Part shown: positions 13,062 through 25,855 of the stretch, piece by piece
Layout of the letters: each line of letters opens with the position of its first letter
How positions within the stretch are numbered: position 1 is the stretch's first letter
Assembly: GCA_030141605.1 (NCBI GenBank)
Contig: JAQGDQ010000667.1
Span: 1-64,000 of the forward strand
Direction of reading: 5' to 3'
DNA: 64,000 nt
Origin: Tubiluchus corallicola
Taxonomy: Eukaryota > Animalia > Priapulida
Translations under genes and position numbers: made by a program
Notes under the pieces: model-generated
Database searches by the model: none
Seen by the model: the letters and a program-made list of their open reading frames with translations, nothing else
Told to the model about the DNA's origin: nothing

Positions 13062-13457
13062 CGAAGAGAAGAAAATGGATGTGGCGGAGATGAGGATGTT
13101 GAGATGGATGGTGGTAATAACAAGAAGAGATAGAATTAGTAATGATAATATCAGAGGAACAGTGAAAGTAGTGGAAGCCTCGAAAAAGATACAAGAGGCA
13201 AGATTGCGATGGTATGGGTACCTGAAAAGAAGAGTCGGGGAAGATCACGTGGAAAGGGAGGTCATGGAAATGGAAGTGCTGGGAAATAGAAGAAGAGGAC
13301 GACCCAAGCTGAGATGATTTGAATGTATTAACGGAGACCTTAGAGAAGAACATAAATGAAGAGATGATCAACAACAGGAATGCATGGAGAAGACTTATTC
13401 ACAACGGCGTCCCCGCATAGGGAAAAGCTGGTAAGAAGAAGAAGAAGAAGAAGAAGA
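13062..13457 (+). mobile_element. 5'-truncated RTE-clade LINE insertion
   Basis: ORF 13075..13317 (AEMRMLRWM...RRDRISN...ARLRWYG...RRRGRP) is the typical RTE ORF C-terminus; (AAG)n tail; perfect 18-bp TSD aatcatttggtattttgc at 13044-13061 and 13458-13475. Confidence 0.92.
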
Positions 13458-13923
13458 AATCATTTGGTATTTTGCTAAGATGATCTTATCAAGGCAACTG
13501 GTAAATCATTAACTTTTAACTACCATTAGTTTAGCTAATTTCATGCGTTGCATCAATGGTAAGTGTGAAATTATGAATTCTGCTGCCTGATCATTTGCTT
13601 TCCAAAGTGGATTGTTCAATTTTAAATGACAAATTTGCTAACTAGAAAGTGCAGCAGATTTTGATGAATAAACTGATACTGAAATAAACTGCAACATGTC
13701 AAACTACATGTACAATATTATGTAACAAAAATGAGGCTTCACACCTGTTGCACAAATTAGTGAAATTAGGAACTTTAAGACAAATAGGTTCACTGAGTTA
13801 TTGCCTAGAAAAGTTGAACAATGAACTAGATTATGTCTCAGGGTAGTCTGCATAAATTGACACAAATTCGCTTTGTCAGTTTTTCCTCACTTAAGGATCT
13901 AAAACAAGAACCTGTTTACTTAC

Positions 13924-14247
13924 TTTTACGCGCATCAGTAGAAAATACCACCATGGAGTTCGGTCCCGGGCAAGCCATACCCATGTTGCCAGTACTGCCA
14001 CTAGGACTGCAAGACTTACAGTTCATAGAAAACTTGTCATATGGATATCCGTTACCACACGTGCAATACATGCTGTCGTCTCGGTCAGCATACAAAATGG
14101 AAAAGTAATAGCCAGTCTTGTTACATTTTTCCTTACAATAAATGTCTTTTCGTCCGCTGAGGAAGTCAACATTCTCGAACGGCTGCTGGTAGTTATTTTT
14201 ATCATCAAGCTGAAAACAACCTTCGAAGTCAGAATGATCTTGATCGG
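13924..14247 (-). CDS. WSC/FN3 gene coding exon 4: WSC domain 3
   Basis: Acceptor ctctttttcag, donor a|gtaagt; 324 nt, phase 1 to 1. Reads FEGCFQ...CKEKCNKTGYYFSILY...YCTCGNGYPY...CKSC...ACPGPNSMVVFST. Confidence 0.9.
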
Positions 14248-14432
14248 CTGAAAAAGAGAAGGACAAAACTGGAGTTCACAAATTTCGAACACTTCCAGAA
14301 CAGTTCATAAACGAAAAAAACGCTAAAAATCAAAAAAAGATAAAGAAAACAAGAACGAAACAGCAGTTATCGTCAGATAAAGAGAGAAAATCACAGTGAA
14401 TTACTACTAAAGATTTTTTTGAGAAGTTTTTA

Positions 14433-14465
<33 letters not shown>

Positions 14466-14508
14466 TGTGTATATCTTCATATATATAAATATATATATAT
14501 ATATATAG

Positions 14509-14891
14509 TGTAGCGGGTCGCAGAATTAAACCATCATGGGCTTAGTGAAAATGTAGTGTATGAATGTAAAATTGCGTGGGCCAATCAGAGCTCAGTTTTC
14601 TAGGCCAATTTTCTCGAGCGTGCAACCTGTTCTCGTAGATTCGAGGGCAGTGCGTTCTCGGCCACGTTCGGCTTCGGTTTCATTTTGTTTTTCTCTTCTT
14701 GGTTGCTGTTATTAAGTCAGTCGTGATTCAGTAATTTTTGGTTTAACCCTTTGGTTTGCATTTGGACTCCACGCGTAAGTGTCAGCTATAAACTGTTGCT
14801 AAGTGTTTCATTTTACTGTTTTTCTTTCTTTTCTTTTTTTATAATTTTCTTTGGTTAATTATGAATCCTCGCTATCATAGACGGCATCACA
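14509..14891. mobile_element. Candidate solo LTR in a (TA)n tract
   Basis: Unique ~380-bp block with TG...CA ends (tgtagcggg...catcaca), flanked by atatag/atatat. No second copy in the window. Confidence 0.4.
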
Positions 14892-14897
<6 letters not shown>

Positions 14898-14945
<48 letters not shown>

Positions 14946-14949
14946 TGTG

Positions 14950-14997
<48 letters not shown>

Positions 14998-15006
14998 TGT
15001 GTGTGT
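14898..15006. repeat. (GT)n/(GCGT)n microsatellite
   Basis: Direct run. Confidence 0.95.
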
Positions 15007-15651
15007 AAATATATGTATATGTATTAGGTAATTATATAAATGAACACTATTTAGGATGTTTTTTGCGCGGCCTTGCCTAGTTAAGGGAGTTTAAATAAAG
15101 GCAGAAAATGCTAAAAAATACATAGAAAAAATACATACACACACGGGTAACAAATAGAAATATGCGTGAAAACCACAGAAGTGTAAAATCACTAGCCACA
15201 ATTACAGAACTAAGCAGGTTAGCAAAATGTTTCTGTATTTTTCCTTTCATCTGATGATAAACTACGTGTCGTTTTTCTTTCCTCTTCCTTTCTTTTTACT
15301 TGTTGGTTTTTAACTCGTTGTTACTAATTATCAGGATCTCAATTTAAAATAATTTCTGAAACGGAATCGAATTCGAATCACAATTTTTTAGATAGTTTCT
15401 TTAAAGAGAATCTCATTTGAATCTGGGAAGTTTTCGAGCAAACTGTGACATTGGTAAGATACCAGTGTTTTTCACGAAAATTACAAATCACACCCGTCTA
15501 AGAAGCAAGTTTGACATAATTCTGAAATAATAAACAGTATAGATGATCTGATTCATTATGTAATAGATTTATTCTGCCGGCGTCAAACAATTTAAAATAA
15601 TCTGTTAGACAAAAAATTCCTTGGGATGCCTTTACCTACACTCTAAGAGAC

Positions 15652-16493
15652 TGTAATGTGGACGACAAAAAACCATGTTCATCTAAACCACATCCATGTG
15701 TGCTTAGGAAAACCACGTTCTGTTAGCCATAACCACATAACCACTGTGTAATGTGGATGACAAAAAAACCATGTTCATCTAAACCACATCCATGTGTGCT
15801 TAGGAAAACCACGTTCTGTCAGCCATAACCACATAACCACTGTGTAATGTGGACGACAAAAAACCATGTTCATCTAATCCACATCCATGTGTGCTTAGGA
15901 AAACCACGTTCTGTCAGCCATAACCACATAACCACTGTGTAATGTGGACGACAAAAAACCATGTTCATCTAAACCACATCCATGTGTGCTTAGGAAAACC
16001 ACGTTCTGTCAGCCATAACCACATAACCACCGTGTAATGCGGACGACAAAAAACCATGTTCATTTAAACCACATCCATGTTTGCTTAGGAAAACCACGTT
16101 CTGTTAGCCATAACCACATAACCACTGTGTAATGTGGACGACAAAAAACCATGTTCATCTAAACCACATCCATGTTTGCTTAGGAAAACCACGTTCTGTC
16201 AGCCATAACAACATAAACACTGTGTAATGTGGACGACAAAAAACCATGTTCATCTAAACCACATCCATGTTTGCTTAGGAAAACCACGTTCTGTCAGCCA
16301 TAACCACATAACCACTGTGTAATGTGGACGACAAAAAACCATGTTCATCTAAACCACATCCATGTGTGCTTAGGAAAACCACGTTCTGTCAGCCATAACC
16401 ACATAACCACTGTGTAATGCGGACGACAAAAAAACATGTTCATCTAAACCACATCCATGTTTGCTTAGGAAAACCACGTTCTGTCAGCCATAA
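15652..16493. repeat. ~95-bp minisatellite, ~9 copies (a separate 30-bp x4 repeat follows at ~16560-16680)
   Basis: Unit tgtaatgtggacgacaaaaaaccatgttcatctaaaccacatccatgtgtgcttaggaaaaccacgttctgtcagccataaccacataaccactg. Confidence 0.95.
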
Positions 16494-16938
16494 CTTAAAT
16501 ATCAGCTTCCTTCTCTGGCAGTATTTTGAACTGCTCCTTGTAGCTGATTGTTTAGAGTGTTGTTCATGTTTGGGGCAAAGGTTTCCCTTACTGTTCATGT
16601 TTAGGGCAAAGGTTTCCCTTACTGTTCATGTTTGGGGCAAAGGTTTCCCTTACTGTTCATGTTTGGGGCAAAGGTTTCCCTACTACCACCCACAGGCATT
16701 ATTCAGAAAATTAAATGTGTTGGAGTGACATAACTTTTTATTTTTTTATCATTTGGCTTTGTATCACACACAATTTGCATGTTCGCTTGTTAGTTTGCAA
16801 GAAGATGTAGTCATATATTTATTAAAATGTACCACAGAGTGGAAACTAGTTTATAATAGTAGAATGCTTGACAACTTATATAATAACTTGCTAATTAATG
16901 ATAGTGTAACTGGTAGCGTAAAATTTTTGCAAAAATAC

Positions 16939-17289
16939 CTCCGGTATCATAAACGGCAAACACGTCAGACTTTGTGCCGCAGAAACCCTTTCCTTCCCCC
17001 TCACACATCGTGCACGCCGCCCTGGCGGCTTCAACGTCAACGAGTGCTCCTAGTCCACCGTCGCAGTTGCAACCGCTCCAAGGATAGTACCTCTTGAAAA
17101 ATGCCAAGCGGGAGCGTGTTACCGAAAGCTGAGGAAAACTGGCATTACTTCTGTCGATGATGCGGTCAAGACAGACTCTTAAACAGTCGTGCGGCGAATT
17201 AGCCCCACCTTTGTGCTCCCAAGAATGCGAAGATGGAACGTGCAAGCATCCTCGGAATTCGTATCTTTCCGTTTGCCAGTTAGCAAAAA
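16939..17289 (-). CDS. WSC/FN3 gene coding exon 3: WSC domain 2 (divergent)
   Basis: Acceptor catttttttag, donor gag|gtattt; 351 nt, phase 1 to 1. Reads YEFRGCLH...NSPHDCLRVC...GCNCDG...CTMCEGEGKGFCG...FAVYDT. Confidence 0.88.
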
Positions 17290-17399
17290 CTAAAAAAATG
17301 GGAATTCAGACTAATATAAAGCCTAACAACACAGGCAGTTGCCAACTAAAAAGATAATAACTACAGTGTCTGGTGTAATTAGTCTGTATGAATAACATG

Positions 17400-18732
17400 G
17401 ACGATGTACCCGGTATTGCAGGGAATCATAGTGAAATATCAAGAAAACAGATGTACCCGGTGTTGCAAGGAAGCATAGTGCAACATCAAGAAAACAGATA
17501 TACCCAGTATTGCAGGGAATCATAGTGCAACATCAAGAGGACAGATGTACCCGGTGTTGCAGGGAATCATAGTGCAACATCAAGGGGACAGATATACCCG
17601 GTGTTGCAAGATATCATAGTGCAACATCAAGGGGACAGATATACCCGGCATTGCAAGGAAGCATAGTGCAACATCAAGAAGACAAATGTACCCGGCATTG
17701 CAAGGAAGCATAGTGCAACATCAAGAAGACAGATGTACCCGGTATTGCAGGGAATCATAGTGCAACATCAAGAAGACAGATGTACCCGGCGTTGCAAGGA
17801 AGCATAGTGCAACATCAAGAAACAGATATACCCAGTATTGCAGGGAATCATAGTGTAACATCAAGAGGACAGATGTACCCGGTGTTGCAGGGAATCATAG
17901 TGCAACATCAAGGGGACAGATGTACCCGGTGTTGCAGGAAATCATAGTGCAACATCAAGAAAACAGATGTACCCGGCATTGCAGGGAATCATAGTGCATT
18001 GCAGGGAATCATAGTGCAACATCAAGAAAACAGATGTACTCGGTGTTGCAAGGAAGCATAGTGAAACATCAAGAAGACAGATGTACCCGGTATTGCAGGA
18101 AATCATAGCGCAACATCAAGGGGACAGATGTACCCGGTATTGCAGGGAATCATAGTGCAACATCAAGGGGACAGATGTACCCGGTATTGCAGGAAATCAT
18201 AGTGAAACATCAAGAAGACAGATGTACTCGGTGTTGCAGGGAATCATAGTGCAACATCAAGAAGACAGATGTACCCGGTATTGCAGGGAATCATAGTGCA
18301 TTGCAGGGAATCATAGTGCAACATCAAGGGGACAGATATACCCGGTATTGCAGGGAATCATAGTGCAACATCAAGGGGACAGATGTACCCGGTATTGCAG
18401 GGAATCATAGTGCATTGCAGGGAATCATAGTGCAACATCAAGGGGACAGATGTACCCGGTATTGCAGGGAATCATAGTGCATTGCAGGGAATCATAGTGC
18501 AACATCAAGGGGACAGATGTACCCGGTATTGCAGGGAATCATAGTGCAACATCAAGGGGACAGATGTACCCGGTGTTGCAGGAAATCATAGTGCAACATC
18601 AAGGGGACAGATGTACCCGGTATTGCAGGGAATCATAGTGCATTGCAGGGAATCATAGTGCAACATCAAGGGGACAGATATACCCGGTATTGCAGGGAAT
18701 CATAGTGAAACAGCAAAGGAGCAGATGTACCC
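17400..18732. repeat. 47-bp minisatellite, ~27 copies with internal partial duplications
   Basis: Unit gatgtacccggtattgcagggaatcatagtgcaacatcaaggggaca. Confidence 0.95.
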
Positions 18733-18763
18733 GTCAAAACAGAATATAAATTAAACTACTTAC

Positions 18764-19066
18764 ACGAACTTTCATAAGCTTTTGTCGCCCGGTCCGTACA
18801 TTGTCTGCCAAAAGAGTCATATCCTGTACATTTCCAGTCACAAGCATCAACGCCAAACCTCCCGTATGAATTGCCACAAAAGCAGCGGTGTGAAGACCCA
18901 GCGTTTTGAAATATCAAACCATAGTACGGAAAACTTTGTGGTGCGCATTTGTTATCGCAACTAACTCTCGCCTCTTCTTCAGAACCAAGAACATCAATGT
19001 CATACTGCAGTGGATAATCATTATCGTTACCAGCGGCTGTTTTATAGCAACCAAGGGAGCTGTTCT
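18764..19066 (-). CDS. WSC/FN3 gene coding exon 2: WSC domain 1
   Basis: Acceptor ttgcttcttttcag, donor t|gtaagt; 303 nt, phase 1 to 1. Manual translation: NSSLGCYKTAAGNDNDYPLQY...SCDNKCAPQSFPYYGLIFQ...RCFCGNSYGRFGVDACDWKCTG...QCTDRATKAYESS. This frame is not in the ORF track. Confidence 0.9.
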
Positions 19067-19224
19067 CTGAAAAGAAGCAAGCGCCATTTGGTGAGATGAG
19101 ATCTCTCGCAGTGAGGGAAGATACAATGAAGCAATACTTTTGTACTCATTTCATAACCATCAATGTGCAAAAACAAAACACACATATTATGCTGCAATTG
19201 AAAATGATTCAGTGTTGAAACACA

Positions 19225-22200
19225 AAACTAGCAGAAAAACGTAAAACATGCCATGGCATAATACAAAACATTAAACACAGTACTTGAGAATGGCTTAGCA
19301 TAAAAACGCAAAACATGCCATGGCATAATACAAAACATTAAACACAGTACTTGAGAATGGCTTAGCATAAAAACACAGAACATGCCATGCTATAATACAA
19401 AACATTAAACACATTACTTGAAAATGGCTTAGCATAAAAACGCAAAACATGCCATGGCATAATACAAAACATTAAACACAGTACATGAGAATGGCTTAGC
19501 AGAAAAACGAAAAAACATACCATGGCATAATACAAAACATTAAACACAGTACTTGAGAATGGCTTAGCATAAAAACGCAAAACATGCCATGCCATAATAC
19601 AAAACATTAAACACAGTACTTGAGAATGGCTTAGCATAAAAATGCAAAACATGCCATGCTATAATACAAAACATTAAACACATTACTTGAAAATGGCTTA
19701 GCATAAAAACGCAAAACATGCCATGGCATAATACAAAACATTAAACACAGTACATGAGAATGGCTTAGCAGAAAAACGAAAAAACATACCATGGCATAAT
19801 ACAAAACATTAAACACAGTACTTGAGAATGGCTTAGCATAAAAACGTAAAACATACCATGGCATAATACAAAACATTAAACACAGTACATGAGAATGGCT
19901 TAGCAGAAAAACGAAAAAACATACCATGGCATAATACAAAACATTAAACACAGTACATGAGAATGGCTTAGCATAAAAACGAAAAAACATACCATGGCAT
20001 AATACAAAACATTAAACACAGTACATGAGAATGGCTTAGCAGAAAAACGAAAAAACATACCATGGCATAATACAAAACATTAAACACAGTACTTGAGAAT
20101 GGCTTAGCATAAAAACGTAAAAGGTGCCATGGCATAATACAAAACATTAAACACAGTACTTGAGAATGGCCTAGCATAAAAACGTAAAACATGCCATGGC
20201 ATAATACAAAACATTAAACACAGTACTTGAGAATGGCTTAGCATAAAAACATAAAACATGCCATGGCATAATGCAAAACATTAAACACAGTACTTGAGAA
20301 TGGCTTAGCATAAAAACGCAAAACATGCCACGGCATAATACAAAACATTAAACACAGTACTTAAGAATGGCTTAGCATAAAAACACAAAACATACCATGC
20401 CATTAATACAAAAAATTAAACACAGTACTTGAGAATGGCCTAGCATAAAAACGTAAAACATGCCATGGCATAATACAAAACATTAAACACAGTACTTGAG
20501 AATGGCTTAGCATAAAAACATAAAACATGCCATGGCATAATGCAAAACATTAAACACAGTACTTGAGAATGGCTTAGCATAAAAACGCAAAACAAGCCAC
20601 GGCATAATACAAAACATTAAACACAGTACTTAAGAATGGCTTAGCATAAAAACACAAAACATACCATGCCATTAATACAAAACATTAAACACAGTACTTG
20701 AGAATGGCTTAGCATAAAAACACAAAACATGCCATGCCATAATACAAAACATTAAACACATTACTTGAGAATGGCTTAGCATAAAAACGCAAAACATGCC
20801 ATGGCATAATACAAAACATTAAACACAGTCTTGAGAATGGCTTAGCATAAAAACACAAAACATGCCATGCCATAATACAAAACATTAAACACAGTACATG
20901 AGAATGGCTTAGCATAAAAACGCAAAACATGCCATGGCATAATACAAAACATTAAACACAGTCTTGAGAATGGCTTAGCATAAAAACACAAAACATGCCA
21001 TGCCATAATACAAAACATTAAACACAGTACATGAGAATGGCTTAGCATAAAAACGCAAAACATGCCATGCCATAATACAAAACATTAAACACAGTACTTG
21101 AGAATGGCCTAGCATAAAAACGCAAAACATGCCAAGGCATAATACAAAACATTAAGCACAGCACTTGAGAATCGCTTAGCATAAAAACACAAAACCTTCC
21201 AACAGCATAATACAAAACATTAAACACAGTACTTGAGAATGGCTTAGCATAAAAACGCAAAACATGCCACAGCATAATACAAAACATTAAACACAGTACT
21301 TGAGAATGGCTTAGCATAAAAACGCAAAACATGCCATGCCATAATACAAAACATTAAACACAGTACTTGAGAATGGCTTAGCATAAAAACGAAAAAACAT
21401 GCCACGGCATAATACAAAACATTAAGCACAGCACTTGAGAATGGCTTAGCATAAAAACACAAAACATGCCATGCCATAATACAAAACATTAAACACAGTA
21501 CATGAGAATGGCTTAGCATAAAAACGCAAAACATGCCATGGCATAATACAAAACATTAAACACAGTCTTGAGAATGGCTTAGCATAAAAACACAAAACAT
21601 GCCATGCCATAATACAAAACATTAAACACAGTACATGAGAATGGCTTAGCATAAAAACGCAAAACATGCCATGCCATAATACAAAACATTAAACACAGTA
21701 CTTGAGAATGGCCTAGCATAAAAACGCAAAACATGCCAAGGCATAATACAAAACATTAAGCACAGCACTTGAGAATCGCTTAGCATAAAAACACAAAACC
21801 TTCCAACAGCATAATACAAAACATTAAACACAGTACTTGAGAATGGCTTAGCATAAAAACGCAAAACATGCCACAGCATAATACAAAACATTAAACACAG
21901 TACTTGAGAATGGCTTAGCATAAAAACGCAAAACATGCCATGCCATAATACAAAACATTAAACACAGTACTTGAGAATGGCTTAGCATAAAAACGAAAAA
22001 ACATGCCACGGCATAATACAAAACATTAAGCACAGCACTTGAGAATGGCTTAGCATAAAAACACAAAACATGTCATGCCATAATACAAAACATTAAACAC
22101 AGTACTTGAGAATGGCTTAGCATAAAAACGAAAAAACATGCCACGGCATAATACAAAACATTAAGCACAGCACTTGAGAATGGCTTAGCATAAAAACGCA

Positions 22201-22300
22201 AAACATGCCATGTCATAATATAAAACATTAAACACAGTACTTGAGAATGGCTTAGCATAAAAAACACAAAACATGCCATGGCATAATACAAAACATAAAC
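19225..22300. repeat. 67-bp satellite array, ~45 copies
   Basis: Unit gcataaaaacgcaaaacatgccatggcataatacaaaacattaaacacagtacttgagaatggctta. Confidence 0.96.
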
Positions 22301-23029
22301 TGCTACACGAAGTACCATCAACGGGACAGCTTTTGACAAGTCTGCAATGAACAAATTTCAGCATAGCTGCATTAGAAAGTTTTCCCATTTGAGATACAAC
22401 TCTGGTTATTTCTAGACATGCACTGGTTTGTCTAACAACCTTTCACAGAGCTTAGTATAGAATGGCCTTATATAATTTTAAATGAAAGCAGCTCTATTTG
22501 AAGAGCCTTTGCAATCTATTACTGTATGTGTGGTAAATTTACAAACAGACTTCAGTTTTTTCTACAAATAAATATTGTTGCACAGCGTCGATTTACAAGC
22601 AAAATTCTTCACTTCTGACTAACTAAAATACAGAATAACAATGATACAAGATTCATACTGCATGGTTCTTTTAAACAGCTGTATATGACAGCTAAAACCA
22701 TTTTTGATTGGTTGCATAACACCAAGATGTGGTTCGTATTTATTTATGCTTCTAGTACAGTGAGGTATAATTCATTTCTATTGATTAATTGTGTCTGGAG
22801 GGAAATAGCAGACATCAAGGTATGCAATTAGTCAGAATGCTCATGTACATTACTCATGTGTTTAGTATAACGAACAGGTATAATCAAGTCAAGGCACATG
22901 AAATGCACTTTAGAAGATGCAATTTATGTTTTATTTCATTTAGTTTCATGTGAAGCTGCAAAGTTCATACGATATTCCACGGCCAGACTATAATTTTCCA
23001 TGTTTACAGGAAGCAGTGCTGAACTTAAA

Positions 23030-23530
23030 TCAATATATGTATTACGTAGATATGTACATAAAAACATGCACACATATGCATATAAATCTATATGTACTAC
23101 GTAGACGTGTATATAAAAACATACACACATGTGCATATAAACCTATATGTACTACGTAGACATGTACATAAAAACATACACACATATGCATATAAATCTA
23201 TATGTACTACGTAGACATGTACATAAAAACATACACACATATGCATATAAATCTATATGTACTACGTAGACGTGTACATAAAAACATACACACATATGCA
23301 TATAAATCTATATGTACTACGTAGACATGTACATAAAAACATACACACATATGCATATAAATCTATATGTACTACGTAGACATGCACATAAAAACAAACA
23401 CACATATGCATATAAATCTATATGTAGTACGTAGACATGTAGATAAAAACATACACACATATGCATATAAATCTATATGTACTACATAGACATGTACATA
23501 AAAACATACACACATATGCATATAAATCTG
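23030..23530. repeat. 55-bp minisatellite, ~9 copies
   Basis: Unit atatgtactacgtagacatgtacataaaaacatacacacatatgcatataaatct. Confidence 0.95.
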
Positions 23531-23579
23531 CCTAAAACTTACCCTACAACTCATATTGAACGTCTATAAAGTAACTTAC

Positions 23580-23652
23580 TTTGTGCATGGACATGCACTA
23601 TATCCAGTAACTTGATAGCGAGTAACACAAGTGCTATACTTTTCAACTGCAT
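23580..23652 (-). CDS. WSC/FN3 gene coding exon 1: signal peptide
   Basis: MQLKSIALVLLAIKLLDIVHVHAQ + a|gtaagt (phase 1); joins in frame to the WSC1 exon (K-NSSLGCY). An acceptor tcttattgcag at 23670 implies an upstream 5'UTR exon. Confidence 0.8.
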
Positions 23653-25708
23653 TGCTTTTTGCAATCAGCCTGCAATAAGAGATTGTTTAGAAGTTATCCT
23701 TAGTTGAGAATCATTTCTAATCAACATTTAATCAGATGTATCAGACTTACTGAAAGTGTGATGGATTAATAATGCTTTTCATAATTTCATTGTGCGCACA
23801 CACAGTTGTTGTAGGTCAAAAGTTAAGTGAACCACAGAAATGCATGTGACACATGGGTAAAGCAAAGCCGTCTGTTGTCTTACATGACCTTTACTTAATT
23901 ACTGCATTGGTCTGTGTGTAAAGTGATTTAGTAGCAGGATCGTGCTGGTAACGTTCGAGTAAGGTTTTAGATAGCTGTTAACATATGTTAAAACTGTTAC
24001 CATTGCAACCGTGTGGGCTGCGGGGCATTGATAAGTGTACACAAATGCATTCTCTGGTTCACTTAACCTTTGACCTTTTCACAATCATCATCAATCGCTG
24101 GAACTGTGAAAAGGTTTATTATCTTCGATTTTGACTCACCGACCGTTAAGGACATAATTTTGCTATGTTAACTAAGATTCCGATTGATATGCATGACTCA
24201 ACTTGCAATTATATGAAAAAGGATTCCTAAATTCTTCATACACAATATAGGAGTCACAGACAGAGAAAAGAGACAACAAAATCCTAATTAGAACTTTGAA
24301 CCTTCATTTCTTCGAAGTTTCGATTAAATACGAAAACCTTCATTTTACACCTGCCGAGCATTACTACAGTACAATTCTGTATACAAGACTTGAGTGAAAA
24401 AAAAATCTGCAATTCGAAAAAAGTCTTCATAACTTTGTAGTATGGAGGGTAGTATCTATTTAAAAATTTTATTTGCATGTTTTATTCTAAACGGTACAGT
24501 AAATGCAAATACATTCTTCTCAAATACTTTCAGAATCAACAAATATGAGTATTGCTTAATTTGATGTGTGTCTCCATGTTCAATGTCATTCCTGTTACTT
24601 TTATGAAAAAGGTCAGTCACATGCTACTTATTAACCCTATTGTTTTAATTCTCTGTAGCAAGGGACAAAAAATGTATTTCATAAGAAAATTAGTTTAGTA
24701 CACTACTTGATGTGTATATGTGTGGAAGTTGGACATTTTTAATTAGGTGCTGCCATCTATGAACTAATCCTGTTACTCTACCAGCTACTTACCCCCAGTA
24801 TAGTTGTACGGTCCAGTGAATGCATATTCACTGGATCTCCCCCTATTTTACAGTAATGGTTTTTGTGAAGCCTGTACAAGTCTGCATAGTACACCTATAC
24901 CTATATATACTGACTTGTTTTACTTTCTAGTCACTCTCTAACTCTCAGTGCAGTGCAGCAGTCGTGCTACTCATGTTTCTTTAGGCTCTCTAACTCTCAG
25001 TGTTCAGTGCAGGACACTCTCATTCTCAGTGTTCAGTGCAGCAGTCAATCTACTCATGTGTCTTTAGTTTTAATAAACACTTTTCTGTTTGCGCAGTGCA
25101 CATATGTATTATAGATTTTTTATTCTTGTTCTACAAGTGAGTGATCTACAACTTCAAACATGACTTTCACAATATGTTTTATCCATGTCTGTAACAGTAA
25201 TGACAAAAGTAATCATTTGGATGACTTTAAAATGGACATAATAGATTTTTGCAAGTGTCTTAAGCTCTCCCAGTATCTTCTTCATATACAAGGGGACCTT
25301 ATTAATAGCAGGACACAGTATTTTTAAAAAAATGTTGCCTATCATTTAGCAAATTTTTTCACACGCATTTTGCACGTTCTGTGGAGAATGACTCACATAA
25401 GGCATTTGACATGCAGTATGTCACAAACTTAAAATCATTTCAAACCTTAATATAAAGTTAAAATTGCAAATAGATAAAAATTGAAAACTCTATTAGCCAA
25501 ACATTTTAGCTACGGTATGGAAATACAACTTTCAAGAAAACTTCAGTAAATTAAAGGTCGCCCATCTTGTTGCCTGCAGTTTGCACATTTGCATTACAGA
25601 AAAGAAACATTTTTATTTTGTTTAGCTTTTATTATTGAGGTAATGGTGAAATGGAAAAACAAACAAATCTTTATTTTCTAAATGTTGGTGTGCTAAAGTG
25701 CTCAGGCG

Positions 25709-25855
25709 CAGGGCCTATTTCAAGGGGGGGAAGTGGGGATACTTCCCCGGGGCCTCACCCGGGGTTCTAGCAGTTCAAAAATTTACCTCCCCCCCCCCGA
25801 GGAGACCTCACACACCCCACTTCCCCGGGCCTCGCTTAGGCTGAAATAGGCCCTG
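25709..25855. mobile_element. hAT-like MITE (147 bp)
   Basis: Perfect 14-bp TIR cagggcctatttca / tgaaataggccctg; 8-bp TSD ctcaggcg / cccaggcg (7 of 8). Confidence 0.85.
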
